From a virus (lineage: Duplodnaviria > Caudoviricetes): a stretch of DNA of 64,000 nucleotides. Location of the stretch: IMG/VR virus record IMGVR_UViG_3300023714_000001; one strand, written 5' to 3'. Under the pieces are notes generated by a model. That model was not told the DNA's origin and made no database searches. It worked only from the letters and a program-made list of their open reading frames with translations. This document shows positions 19,579-28,661 of the stretch, one piece after another. Every line of letters starts with the position of its first letter. The stretch's first letter is position 1. A program made the position numbers and the translations under genes.

Positions 19579-20115
19579 TTACCAGCCGCGGCTATTAACA
19601 TCCCAAACAGACATCATAATACCCACCAACTCTTCGCGCTCTTCGAAAGCACGAATAATGGTGGCCTCACTAAAGACACAGGATAATACGGAGTGCATCG
19701 TCTCCATACCATTCTGTGTCTTTTTACTGTCTGCGTGACCTGGCGCAGCAGGATAGGTTCGTGCGGTTACATAACGCGAATCATTATCTGCAATATCCGA
19801 AGATGCATCCCGATCGAACTTTAAGTTTATCCGTACATATCTTGCAGAGTCATTTGTCATAATTTTAAAATCTGTTCCTTCAAACAAGTCTTCTCTCCAA
19901 TCAATATCTACTTTCATAAACAGCCCGGTTACTGAGCGAAAATACCCCAGCATCCATGCCATAACCACTTCCATGTATTTCCCGGCAGGAAAGTCCGTGT
20001 TGCTTAGCCCTTCCAATCTGAAATCGGAAAACATCTTCTTGGACAAGCCGGCCTTAAAAGCCTTTCTTTTAAACACCATTAATTCTTTTGCGTTGTTAAT
20101 ATCTTTCTGAGTCAT
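19579..20115 (-). CDS. Hypothetical protein (possible PD-(D/E)xK-like)
   Basis: AGGAGG RBS; E...EDLFEGTDF...INLK pattern weakly nuclease-like. Confidence 0.6.
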   Translation of the reverse strand: MTQKDINNAKELMVFKRKAFKAGLSKKMFSDFRLEGLSNTDFPAGKYMEVVMAWMLGYFRSVTGLFMKVDIDWREDLFEGTDFKIMTNDSARYVRINLKFDRDASSDIADNDSRYVTARTYPAAPGHADSKKTQNGMETMHSVLSCVFSEATIIRAFEEREELVGIMMSVWDVNSRGW

Positions 20116-20133
20116 GTCTCATTCCTCCTATAC

Positions 20134-20190
20134 AAAAAACAAAAAAGACAGACTATTTTTGTGCCGTCTGTCAGGGCAAAAAATAATTAA
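20134..20190 (-). other. Intergenic H-type pseudoknot plus U-tract
   Basis: UGCC/GGCA stem; loop GACAGAC pairs with GUCUGUC. Confidence 0.55.
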
Positions 20191-20456
20191 GCGGCTTCCT
20201 GCATGCGACGCTTGGTGTAAGCACCGCGGATTGCACAGGCTACTGCGAACATGGGATGGCTTATCGGCAGGTCTGCTGCAACATAAGTGTTGCCATCCTT
20301 GAGACTCTTCATGGTTGTGTCGCAAAAAGCCTCAAAAGAAAAGAGGCAGGTTTTATTGCCCGCCTCATCTTCAAGATAACCTTCACGGTCACCAGTGAAT
20401 ACCACATAACGCTTAATAGAAAGTCCGTTATAACTTACATTTGCCTCGATTCTCAT
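20187..20456 (-). CDS. Hypothetical protein
   Basis: AGGAGG RBS; ends -QEAA. Confidence 0.7.
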   Translation of the reverse strand: MRIEANVSYNGLSIKRYVVFTGDREGYLEDEAGNKTCLFSFEAFCDTTMKSLKDGNTYVAADLPISHPMFAVACAIRGAYTKRRMQEAA

Positions 20457-20484
20457 GACAATTTCCTCCTAAATAAACAAAAAC

Positions 20485-21756
20485 TTATGCAGCCATATCT
20501 TTCCAGTCGAGCTTTGTACACTCGCCATCTAAGATATGCACCTTGCTTTCCGCCCGCGTTACAGCCGTATAGAGCCAGCGGGCATTGGTAAGCTGTTCGT
20601 TGTACAGCTTGGATGTACCGGTGATATATACTTCCTCCCACTGGCTACCCTGACTCTTATGAGCTGTAATAGCATAGCCATAGGTGCAGATGGTTACAGT
20701 CGGGGAAAGCATCGGGCGCCCACACAAATCCACAAAATCTCTTTTATAGCCATCACGCCAATAGCGAAGGCCGGCGAGATTCTGTGGTGCGATGGAAGCG
20801 CCATTATAGTTAGGTACAAGAATCAAGTGGTGCACCTCACCATCTTCTTTGTACCGATAAAACTCTGCCACAATAGGCAGTGCTTTCTCCCGATTGGGCA
20901 CACGGATAAACAGCTTATCCTTACCCAGGAGCTCAATATTTTCAGGCACCTTCATGGTTTCTCCGTTACGCAGAAAAGCGCCATTGGATATGCCCATGAT
21001 TGGTTCACCTGTCTGCAGAGTCTTTCCGTCAAAGCCGAGTGCTTTACGGACACCCTGGTTGAAGCGAATGCGCGCCTCATTCTTCCAGGTAACCATGGTG
21101 ATATCCTTACCTGCTTTTAGTTTGGCGAGGTAATCATTCCACAGTACCGGCTTACTCTCAACCGATACGTCACCATGGGTAGAGGTTGGGGAGAATGCCG
21201 TCTTTTTCTGGCGCAAAGCTGTTGCCCAATCCAGGATAGCGCTGCCATCACCCTGACGCATTACCTGTGTCAACACAGACTTATATTCATTGTCGAACAC
21301 TGTACGACTATACTTGCCGACAGGTGGGAGCTGGAACGGGTCTCCCATATAAAAGATCTTGCTTTCCTTCTTGGTGGCAAACTCCTCAAGGTCGTCCAAT
21401 AGTTTGTCAGACAACATGGATGCCTCGTCGCAAATGATGAGCAGCCGCTTATCATCGTCATCTTTAGTGGCGGCCTTCTTAATGAAGTTACCGTAACGGT
21501 CAACGGTGTACAGGAGCTTATGTACGGTCATAGCTCCTTTGTTTCCTTTGCGGCGCAACACTTCTGCCGCCTTGTTTGTTGGCGCGATAAACACCACGCG
21601 GTACTTATCTTTCTTGGCAATAAGTGCAATCTCACCTGCCAACGTAGTCTTACCTGTACCAGCATAACCCATAAGTGTCCATGCCAGTACATCGCCTTTA
21701 ATAAGCTGGGCTTCGATATTCGTTAACGCTTCTTTCTGCTGTTTATTCCATTCCAT
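20485..21756 (-). CDS. SF1B helicase (Dda/RecD-like)
   Basis: GYAGTGKTT, APTNKAA, ICDEASM, GDPFQLPPV, YAITAHKSQGSQW, WLYTAVTRA. Confidence 0.92.
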   Translation of the reverse strand: MEWNKQQKEALTNIEAQLIKGDVLAWTLMGYAGTGKTTLAGEIALIAKKDKYRVVFIAPTNKAAEVLRRKGNKGAMTVHKLLYTVDRYGNFIKKAATKDDDDKRLLIICDEASMLSDKLLDDLEEFATKKESKIFYMGDPFQLPPVGKYSRTVFDNEYKSVLTQVMRQGDGSAILDWATALRQKKTAFSPTSTHGDVSVESKPVLWNDYLAKLKAGKDITMVTWKNEARIRFNQGVRKALGFDGKTLQTGEPIMGISNGAFLRNGETMKVPENIELLGKDKLFIRVPNREKALPIVAEFYRYKEDGEVHHLILVPNYNGASIAPQNLAGLRYWRDGYKRDFVDLCGRPMLSPTVTICTYGYAITAHKSQGSQWEEVYITGTSKLYNEQLTNARWLYTAVTRAESKVHILDGECTKLDWKDMAA

Positions 21757-21865
21757 ACTATTTCCTCCTAACAGTTGAAGTTACCCGAAGAAAATGATAT
21801 AATCTGAGTAACCAAGGAAGTCCGGAGCGCACAACTCCATCATCCTCCCTTGGGGCAAAACTTAA

Positions 21866-21967
21866 TTACCTAAGAAGCTCTATGAGCCACTGGATAATTA
21901 TGAGTCTAGCCATTACTGATGTTGCGACGAGTGCAATGACTGCCAACAACAGGAGTAACTTACTCAT
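21866..21967 (-). CDS. 33-aa hydrophobic peptide (type I toxin-like)
   Basis: AAAGGAGGT RBS; MSKLLLLLAVIALVATSVMARLIIIQWLIELLR; convergent promoter TTGAAG-17-TATAAT at 21775-21803. Confidence 0.55.
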   Translation of the reverse strand: MSKLLLLLAVIALVATSVMARLIIIQWLIELLR

Positions 21968-22049
21968 ACCATTACCTCCTTTGGTTTATAGAGTTTTCTT
22001 TTGGTGTTTCAACCGCCCAGTTTTACGTCATATGGCAGGACAGTGCAGT

Positions 22050-23918
22050 TTACTTTTCCGCATCGACAACTACAACAATGCCATCATAGCCTTCAAGATG
22101 CTCAGCAACCGGCTTAACACCAGTAGCTTCTTTTACCATCTTGTCATAACCCTTCTCGAGTTTGATACGGAGTTCATTGGTGAGCCATTCCGGTACATCG
22201 CTGGTATAAATGGTCATCAGCTTCTCACTATTAAGCGTCATCTGCATATAGTCCGTGGTTACAACTTTCGTCGTAGCCTTAACTGTATGCGGGCGGAGCT
22301 GAATCTGCATACCAACGACGTCTTTTGTGGACACTTTAGCTGCGCGGGCAGCACAAGTATCGAGCATCGTGCCTTCGCCATCCATCTGGTCATCCTTGTC
22401 AAACAGGATGCAGAAAGACTTGAGCGTAAAGCCCTGGTCAGCACGCATACCCATACCGCAAGTATGAGAAGACAGGCGGGTGGCTGCATCAACAAGCATC
22501 GTACCCGTTACCTTCTCGCCCTCACGGATGGCAAATTCACCATGAGTGGCACTATAGAAGATTTTATTGAATTTCTCAATATTCTCTTCCGTGGATGCAT
22601 CGAAGAACATCATTGTGTCCTGACGCTTCTGAGAGGTAGAATAGATATTGCATCTATCTGCATCAAGCGTCATAATTATATCTTCCTGCTTAACCCACTC
22701 TTTCTTGATGGCCACAACTTCATGCTCCTGCATGCGGTATGCCGGATCGTATCCGCTTAAGAGAGCGTAGCAATTACGCAGTTCAACGAGCACAGATACG
22801 CCATCACCATAAACAGGGACATATTCATCCTTGTCCATATCGTGGGTAACACCAATATTCTTGGTGATGTAAATCTTGCCTCCTTCCTCTAATCCATCAA
22901 TCTTTCCAAGAAGGTAACGCAAGCAACGAGCTGCCTTCTCTTGGATTTTCTTGCCGGACGTCTCATCTGCCCGAACAAGATCAGAAAAGTCAACCGTAGC
23001 TACTTTATCCGTAGCAAGACGTTCACCAGAGAACTGGTTACGGCCAATAGAGTTACCAAGAACAACACCTTTCTTGGCATACGGAGCCGTGAATGCAGTC
23101 ACTGGAGCCGCCGTAATATCGACCACGCACTGGCAGCCAATATTATTGTTGGCCTGTACAAAAGTCAGGCTCTGCATCTGTACAGTAGCCATGCCTTTAT
23201 CAGCCTTCTTCATAAGGGTTCTACGGACTTTATTGTCCAGCTTGTGGCTGCCATGTTTCAGGATAGAGCCAAGCTGAGTGCGAAGACTCGGCTTTTCAGC
23301 AGCCTGAAGGATAACAGCACGATAGTTGCCTTCAACTACCTTCTTAGAAATCCCCTTACGGCCGAGAATCTCATCCAGTTCGGACAAATCCTTAATGTCC
23401 GTCTTGTGAGCGACAATCTTGGCAGCGTATACCGCACCAATGCCGTTAAGCTTCATGAGCTCAGAGACAACACCGCAATTAATGTTGATTTCCTTCTGTT
23501 CAGAAGCTGCCGCTACTTTGAGTACAATGCCGAGCTTCTTACGCTCGACAAGGCTCATAATACGGTCACGGGAGATACCGGCTGCCACCATATCGAGCGG
23601 CGTACGGAATTTCTTTGCCTGTTTATCTTTCCAATAACGGCAAAGACGATTCACCTCACGGTGCGTAAACACCGAGCACAGAACCATCGGGCTCTGTTCA
23701 TTGATATTAACCATTGGGCGGCCAGTACGAATGTACCAGTTATGGCTGAGAACCTTCACGGATTCCCAGGAAATACCAATGTTTGCCAGTGCTTTGAACG
23801 TAGTAGCACTTACACCACGTTCACTGCAGAACGCAAAGATTTTCTCAGCGTCCTTATGGCAAATACCTGCCAGTTCCAGTTCAGAAACGGATGCAAACAG
23901 TAAATTTTCTCTAGTCAT
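22050..23918 (-). CDS. YonO/RdRP-like two-barrel RNA polymerase, N-terminal half (DPBB-B) with three ComEA-like HhH repeats
   Basis: GAGGAGG RBS at MTRENLL; ININCGVVSELMKLNGIGAVYAAKIV (HhH); YSTSQKRQDTMMFF, AATRLSS, DQMDGEGTM, QIQLRPHTVKA parallel RdRP-family SSSQLR..FF, ARLGQ, SDG.G, FQIR...KG. Confidence 0.7.
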   Translation of the reverse strand: MTRENLLFASVSELELAGICHKDAEKIFAFCSERGVSATTFKALANIGISWESVKVLSHNWYIRTGRPMVNINEQSPMVLCSVFTHREVNRLCRYWKDKQAKKFRTPLDMVAAGISRDRIMSLVERKKLGIVLKVAAASEQKEININCGVVSELMKLNGIGAVYAAKIVAHKTDIKDLSELDEILGRKGISKKVVEGNYRAVILQAAEKPSLRTQLGSILKHGSHKLDNKVRRTLMKKADKGMATVQMQSLTFVQANNNIGCQCVVDITAAPVTAFTAPYAKKGVVLGNSIGRNQFSGERLATDKVATVDFSDLVRADETSGKKIQEKAARCLRYLLGKIDGLEEGGKIYITKNIGVTHDMDKDEYVPVYGDGVSVLVELRNCYALLSGYDPAYRMQEHEVVAIKKEWVKQEDIIMTLDADRCNIYSTSQKRQDTMMFFDASTEENIEKFNKIFYSATHGEFAIREGEKVTGTMLVDAATRLSSHTCGMGMRADQGFTLKSFCILFDKDDQMDGEGTMLDTCAARAAKVSTKDVVGMQIQLRPHTVKATTKVVTTDYMQMTLNSEKLMTIYTSDVPEWLTNELRIKLEKGYDKMVKEATGVKPVAEHLEGYDGIVVVVDAEK

Positions 23919-23956
23919 GATAAAATCCTCCTCGGGCTCGACGGCCCTTTTCTCTA

Positions 23957-24012
23957 AAAAAACAAAATTTGACAGACTATTTATCGAGCGCCGCCTGTCA
24001 GGGCGCAGAAAA
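23957..24012 (-). other. Intergenic H-type pseudoknot plus U-tract
   Basis: GCGCC/GGCGC stem; loop UGACAGGC pairs with GUCUGUCA (8 bp). Confidence 0.6.
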
Positions 24013-27000
24013 TTAAAAGTCGATATCAACATCGATGGTTTCCGTGCCATCAAAGATAAGAGCAGAGGATTCCTTAACGGATTCTTCCGGCAGAGCATCA
24101 TATTCTGCATTCTTCTGTTCCACTTCTGTCAGCACAACAACGGCACGATTGCAATTGCTGTCTGCATAAACAACGGAAACTGCACCGTTCAAACCTTCAT
24201 AGAAAGAGCGAACAGTAGCATCGTAGCTGTACTGATCACGATTCTTACGGACGTATGTATCTACATCCATATCAATCGTCAGAGCCTGGCTACGAACAGC
24301 AGCCTCCTTATTGTAATGCTTGCCACCCTTGCTGCCCTTTACATAAAGGCTGCCAAGAACTTCAGTACCTTCTCTCATGCCAAGGCGGGTATACTTACCG
24401 TCCTTAACATTTGAAAGAAGAATACGATGACCAACTTTAGAAGACATGGCATCAACGATAGCTTTGTTAATAGCAACTTGCTCGTCATTAATAATCCACT
24501 GTTCTTCTGCGGTTTCACCATCCCATTCCGGATTCGGCATCCAAACAGATTTAAGGTCAAGCTCAAATGCTACCTGGGTACGATCCACTTCGGGGATGCT
24601 GATAAAGTCCGTCATTGGGCGGACAATTGCCGGGGAGTCATCACGCATAGCAATCTGATACATGCCATCCAGAACATTTAAAGACACATAAAGGTCTTCA
24701 ATTTTCTTCATTTTGGCTGTATAGACTTCGCCTTCTTTTACGATAATGTTCTGCCCCTCAGTCAGAGACTTCAGAGCTTCTACATTATTGTAACGAGCAT
24801 TAATGAACTCCACGGCTTCATTATTGTCACTCATCTGAATAGCAGCATAAGCCGTCTCCTCTTTGAGAAGCTTGCTCATATTGCTGCCTGCAGAAGTCGT
24901 GATGTCTTCGCCTCCTGCAAGATAACCAACGAGGTCGTCAGGAGAGACCTTGCTGTTATCACGAGCCACCATCCAACGAATGGTATTGGAGATAGCGTCG
25001 AAAGCATCGTCATACTTCTCGTGCAGAGCTTTGCGGATTGCATCACTCTTAGAGTTGCTGACGTCGCCATACTCATCGGCATTTGCGGCAAGCATTGCTT
25101 TGCGGTCTTCACGATAGACTGTATTGATTGCGCCACCCATGCTGATTGCTACCTGCAGGCGGTTTTCAATACGCTGGTCTGCAATGTGCATGATGGCTAC
25201 GTCGTAAGCATTTTCACGACGAGCCTTATACTCTGCAGAATTAACTGCTGCTTTGTAGCGGGCAATTAATTCATTGAGCTTTTCCATGGACTTTTCAATT
25301 GCATACCGGCGATAGCTGGCGAAGAAGTCGTTGAACACAACAACCTTACGATCGTTCTGCCCCTTTCCTTCTGCCGGCCAGAAAAGCTGAATTGGTTCTT
25401 CAGCCATTACACCGCGGAAGCCTTCACGGCTGATTTCATTGCCGTTCATGTCAAGGAGAATAACTTTTTCGTCCTTACGGAGCAGGTCATCTTCCTTGAG
25501 TTCTGTTTTAACATTAGCTTCCGGGTCTTTATGGAATGCTGCCCAGTCGATAACGAAACGCGCACCGAACTTCAGCGGCGTAACCGTCATCGTTGCCTTA
25601 AGAATGGCTACAAAGTCCGTATAAACCTTGTAGAACTTCTTTTCAGCATCTATAGTGCATTCCTGAGTGTGACGAATAAGAACGTCAAAGTCCTTGATGA
25701 TTTCGAGTAGCGTATTCCACTGCTCTTCTGTTGTACCTTCAAAGCGAGTCATATGAACCGCTTTCTCAAATGCATGATAGGCATCAAGAGTTTCGCCGTT
25801 CTCATAGGTCTTTGGAGCCGTGCTTGCGGTTTCGCGGCCGTATTCATCTTCGCCCCAAGTAAGCGGGGTATGATACTTGCCGTCGCCAGCATCAGCTTCC
25901 GTACCTGCTTCCCATACTGTAGAGAAGCAGGAGATATAGAGTGCTTTTACCTCATCACTCCAATCGATAGCACAAAGCCCCTGAATAAGGACACGGCCAG
26001 CGTTAGTCACAGGACCAACCTTCTCATTATGATTCTGGTTGATCATGTGGAAATTGGTGGAGTACATGCCACCGTCAATTTCGTAACGCTCGCCCTTTTC
26101 TTCAGGCTTAGTCGGTACGATATCAACAGCCAGCGGTTTAAAACCATACCCCATAAGGAACCAGGGGATATCCTTCTGGCCTGCACGATGCAGAATTACA
26201 GAAGTCTTATCCCCATCACGGTCCGAACCGGCCAGCACGCTGCCGATAGCTGCCAGGTCAGCAGGCATCTCGATAATACCTTCCTTGATATTGGCATACT
26301 GTTCAGCAGCGCAGATGGCCTCCTCTTCCGTGAGGTAGCCACGCTCAACGAGGTCCATCAGAGCTTCCTCGATTTCCTCGTCATCCATAAAATGAACGAG
26401 TACGGTTTCGCGGGTGCCAACAGACGGATACTTCATGAGCGCACCGTAACGATCTTCTCTGGCGGCATTGATACCGTCAAAGAAGCGAGTAGCACGAGGA
26501 TCGACAACATTCATGACGTTGCCATTGATACCCGTAACGCCAACTTTCAGTGCTTCTTCAACACCGAAACGGCTCTTAATGAGCTCATACACCGGGTCAA
26601 TCGAAATCATGCTTGTGTGGCCGTCAAGATGATAACGGTCGAGCTGAACATGATTGGAGAGCGTACGGGCGATGTCGTTTGTGGCACCCTTAATGAGCTG
26701 CGGCCACATGTTGAGCGCACCGCTGTTCATACCCATTAAGAGCGAAGAAGTATAACCAGCATCAACTTCTTCAAAGCCACGATAACCATCGCGGCAACGG
26801 CCATCGAGGTCAGACACCTCGTCCACCGTATGGTCGATAGCAGTTTTGATGACTTCATCCAGGTCGCTAAGCACCTGTTCTGCATCGGCGCCATTTTTAA
26901 TAGCGTCGTTTGCGCAGCGGAACAACTTCATCCACATCTGTGCGGATGAGTACACGTTCTTATCTTCATCCTCTGCATGAGGAATCATAAGAACATTCAT

Positions 27001-27228
27001 TCCGGTTGGTACAGTGACATCAAAGATGTCTTTCCAGAAATTACGGTCACCCACAATTTCCGGCAGTTCAATACCGTTAGCAATGGCTTTAAAAGCATTG
27101 CCTTTTACGTTAGCTGCTGCATTAACATGTATAGCTTTTTCTGCAGCTTTTGCTTTTTCTTCGGCATTGATTTTCTCAACAATAGCCTTACGATCAACGG
27201 TTACGTTTGCGATAGTCTGAGTCTTCAT
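24013..27228 (-). CDS. YonO/RdRP-like two-barrel RNA polymerase, catalytic C-terminal half (DPBB-A)
   Basis: AAAGGAGG RBS at MKTQTI; KYPS, LAGSDRDGD (DxDGD), VGPVTNA, QECTIDAEKK parallel RdRP-family KxP, SGSDLDGD, LG.I.N, AVD..K. Confidence 0.78.
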   Translation of the reverse strand: MKTQTIANVTVDRKAIVEKINAEEKAKAAEKAIHVNAAANVKGNAFKAIANGIELPEIVGDRNFWKDIFDVTVPTGMNVLMIPHAEDEDKNVYSSAQMWMKLFRCANDAIKNGADAEQVLSDLDEVIKTAIDHTVDEVSDLDGRCRDGYRGFEEVDAGYTSSLLMGMNSGALNMWPQLIKGATNDIARTLSNHVQLDRYHLDGHTSMISIDPVYELIKSRFGVEEALKVGVTGINGNVMNVVDPRATRFFDGINAAREDRYGALMKYPSVGTRETVLVHFMDDEEIEEALMDLVERGYLTEEEAICAAEQYANIKEGIIEMPADLAAIGSVLAGSDRDGDKTSVILHRAGQKDIPWFLMGYGFKPLAVDIVPTKPEEKGERYEIDGGMYSTNFHMINQNHNEKVGPVTNAGRVLIQGLCAIDWSDEVKALYISCFSTVWEAGTEADAGDGKYHTPLTWGEDEYGRETASTAPKTYENGETLDAYHAFEKAVHMTRFEGTTEEQWNTLLEIIKDFDVLIRHTQECTIDAEKKFYKVYTDFVAILKATMTVTPLKFGARFVIDWAAFHKDPEANVKTELKEDDLLRKDEKVILLDMNGNEISREGFRGVMAEEPIQLFWPAEGKGQNDRKVVVFNDFFASYRRYAIEKSMEKLNELIARYKAAVNSAEYKARRENAYDVAIMHIADQRIENRLQVAISMGGAINTVYREDRKAMLAANADEYGDVSNSKSDAIRKALHEKYDDAFDAISNTIRWMVARDNSKVSPDDLVGYLAGGEDITTSAGSNMSKLLKEETAYAAIQMSDNNEAVEFINARYNNVEALKSLTEGQNIIVKEGEVYTAKMKKIEDLYVSLNVLDGMYQIAMRDDSPAIVRPMTDFISIPEVDRTQVAFELDLKSVWMPNPEWDGETAEEQWIINDEQVAINKAIVDAMSSKVGHRILLSNVKDGKYTRLGMREGTEVLGSLYVKGSKGGKHYNKEAAVRSQALTIDMDVDTYVRKNRDQYSYDATVRSFYEGLNGAVSVVYADSNCNRAVVVLTEVEQKNAEYDALPEESVKESSALIFDGTETIDVDIDF

Positions 27229-27266
27229 GATATTTTTCCTCCTTTGTGGCTCGACGGCCACTCTGC

Positions 27267-27319
27267 AAAAAAAACAAAAATTGCCCAGTTTAAGGTCGTG
27301 TGGCAGGACCAAAACAAAA
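27267..27319 (-). other. Intergenic pseudoknot-like element plus U-tract
   Basis: GGUC/GACC stem; loop UGCC(A)CA pairs with UGGGCA. Confidence 0.45.
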
Positions 27320-27850
27320 TTAAAACGGCAAATCTCCCCATTCCGTGATGGGGTTGAGGTCAAATACTTCGGCCTCTATATTCTCATCTATATCTCTGTG
27401 GGAAACATAGGAGTCTTCCCCCATACCGTAGCAGTTATAAGCGAACTCCTTAACCTTATCTTTGGGATAAGTTTCCAGGAGCTTTACCAGGAGCATTGTG
27501 GAAATAACGTGTTCCTCCACTAAGAGGTCAGCGCCATCAACAAAGTCTGCAGCGCCAATTTCCTCCTGCATACGGCCAAACAGCTTTAGTGCCGCATCAC
27601 CCTCTGCACGCTCGGCTTCCTCCAGAAGCCCAACGGTGTTGTTGAACTCCAGAGTAACATCCTCGTCCGGCTCATCGCCGAACGGGTTGGTGAAGCAGGC
27701 CTTATCCTTGCCTACCACCAAGAACCTGCCCTTTTCATAGGCGCCCTTCCCGCCAAACATAAGTGCTCCATTCGGAAGTACTTCATAATGAGCAAATGCT
27801 TCACCAAGCAGGATAACAACAGCGGCCTTAATAAGATTCAGTTTCTTCAT
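27320..27850 (-). CDS. Acidic hypothetical protein ending -DLPF
   Basis: AAGGAG RBS; SSB-like C-terminal tip. Confidence 0.75.
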   Translation of the reverse strand: MKKLNLIKAAVVILLGEAFAHYEVLPNGALMFGGKGAYEKGRFLVVGKDKACFTNPFGDEPDEDVTLEFNNTVGLLEEAERAEGDAALKLFGRMQEEIGAADFVDGADLLVEEHVISTMLLVKLLETYPKDKVKEFAYNCYGMGEDSYVSHRDIDENIEAEVFDLNPITEWGDLPF

Positions 27851-27976
27851 GATAAATTCTCCTTCTCCCCGTATATGCCGATAGGACAGCTTGACATAAA
27901 TTAATAATTAGGAGTATAATTTAGCCAATAGGAAACGAGCAGTGTTGCAGCACCACCCGTTCCTACTGGGTTTACG

Positions 27977-28120
27977 TTATCGAACCGTCACTTTAAGGTG
28001 GATTCCTTTCCATCCTAGACTAAGCTCTAGTTCGACACGCTTACCCTTGGCTGACAAGTGGCGAATATTCATCCATGAAATAGCCACTATTATCAGCACG
28101 AGGCTAACGGCCAGGAGCAT
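27977..28120 (-). CDS. 47-aa membrane-anchored peptide (type I toxin-like)
   Basis: AAAGGAG RBS; MLLAVSLVLIIVAISWMNIRH...; convergent promoter TTGACA-18-TATAAT at 27891-27920. Confidence 0.5.
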   Translation of the reverse strand: MLLAVSLVLIIVAISWMNIRHLSAKGKRVELELSLGWKGIHLKVTVR

Positions 28121-28187
28121 ACACTCAACTCCTTTCTGACCTCAGCTTCGCAGTATTTTTATAGCGCCCCTCTGGCGCTATATGTGG

Positions 28188-28388
28188 TTAGTTGTTTCTC
28201 AACGCCTCCTCTCTGCGGCTTTTAATGATGTTCATGCGGAGCTTAGCTCTCCGCTTATGCCCGGCTTGATACCAGTCCCAAGCCTTAAAGCTCAGGATGG
28301 CAATGGCAGCAATGGAGCTGAACTCCAAAACCATCAAGACAGTAGCACCAACGGCGGTCTGAGAAATAACATTTACAAACTGGAACAT
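28188..28388 (-). CDS. Small membrane protein
   Basis: AAAGGAGG RBS at MFQFVN; hydrophobic segment plus basic tail. Confidence 0.6.
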   Translation of the reverse strand: MFQFVNVISQTAVGATVLMVLEFSSIAAIAILSFKAWDWYQAGHKRRAKLRMNIIKSRREEALRNN

Positions 28389-28505
28389 AATGTTCCTCCT
28401 TTCTGGGGCCTCCAACGCCCCAATCAAATTAATATCTGTGCTGGTATGAGCACATTATGAAGCCCCCGAATCAATTAAAGTTCAGGGGCTTTTAATATGT
28501 TCATA

Positions 28506-28661
28506 TCAATATTCATAACGGCCAAGCAGTCTCCACTCTTCGTTTTCGGAACGGCGGTAATACCACTCCGCTACATGGCAGGCACGTAGATACTTGCGAC
28601 ACACCTTCCAACCATTCTTGCGATACTGCCATGCTTTGCCAGTTAAATACATGTCCGACAT
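28506..28661 (-). CDS. First gene of the leftward arm, 51-aa aromatic/basic protein
   Basis: GAGGAGGAG RBS; MSDMYLTGKAWQYRKNGW... Confidence 0.6.
   Translation of the reverse strand: MSDMYLTGKAWQYRKNGWKVCRKYLRACHVAEWYYRRSENEEWRLLGRYEY

Noticed and set aside
23919-24110. Overlap or programmed frameshift fusing the two polymerase ORFs
   Set aside because: The downstream gene has its own strong RBS and ATG at 23918, and no clear slippery heptamer precedes the upstream stop; the ORF-track extension is likely incidental, though readthrough was not tested
21882-26739. Long + strand ORFs (292, 320, 237, 328 aa) opposite the polymerase genes
   Set aside because: Antisense shadows of codon-biased genes: no RBS, no motifs
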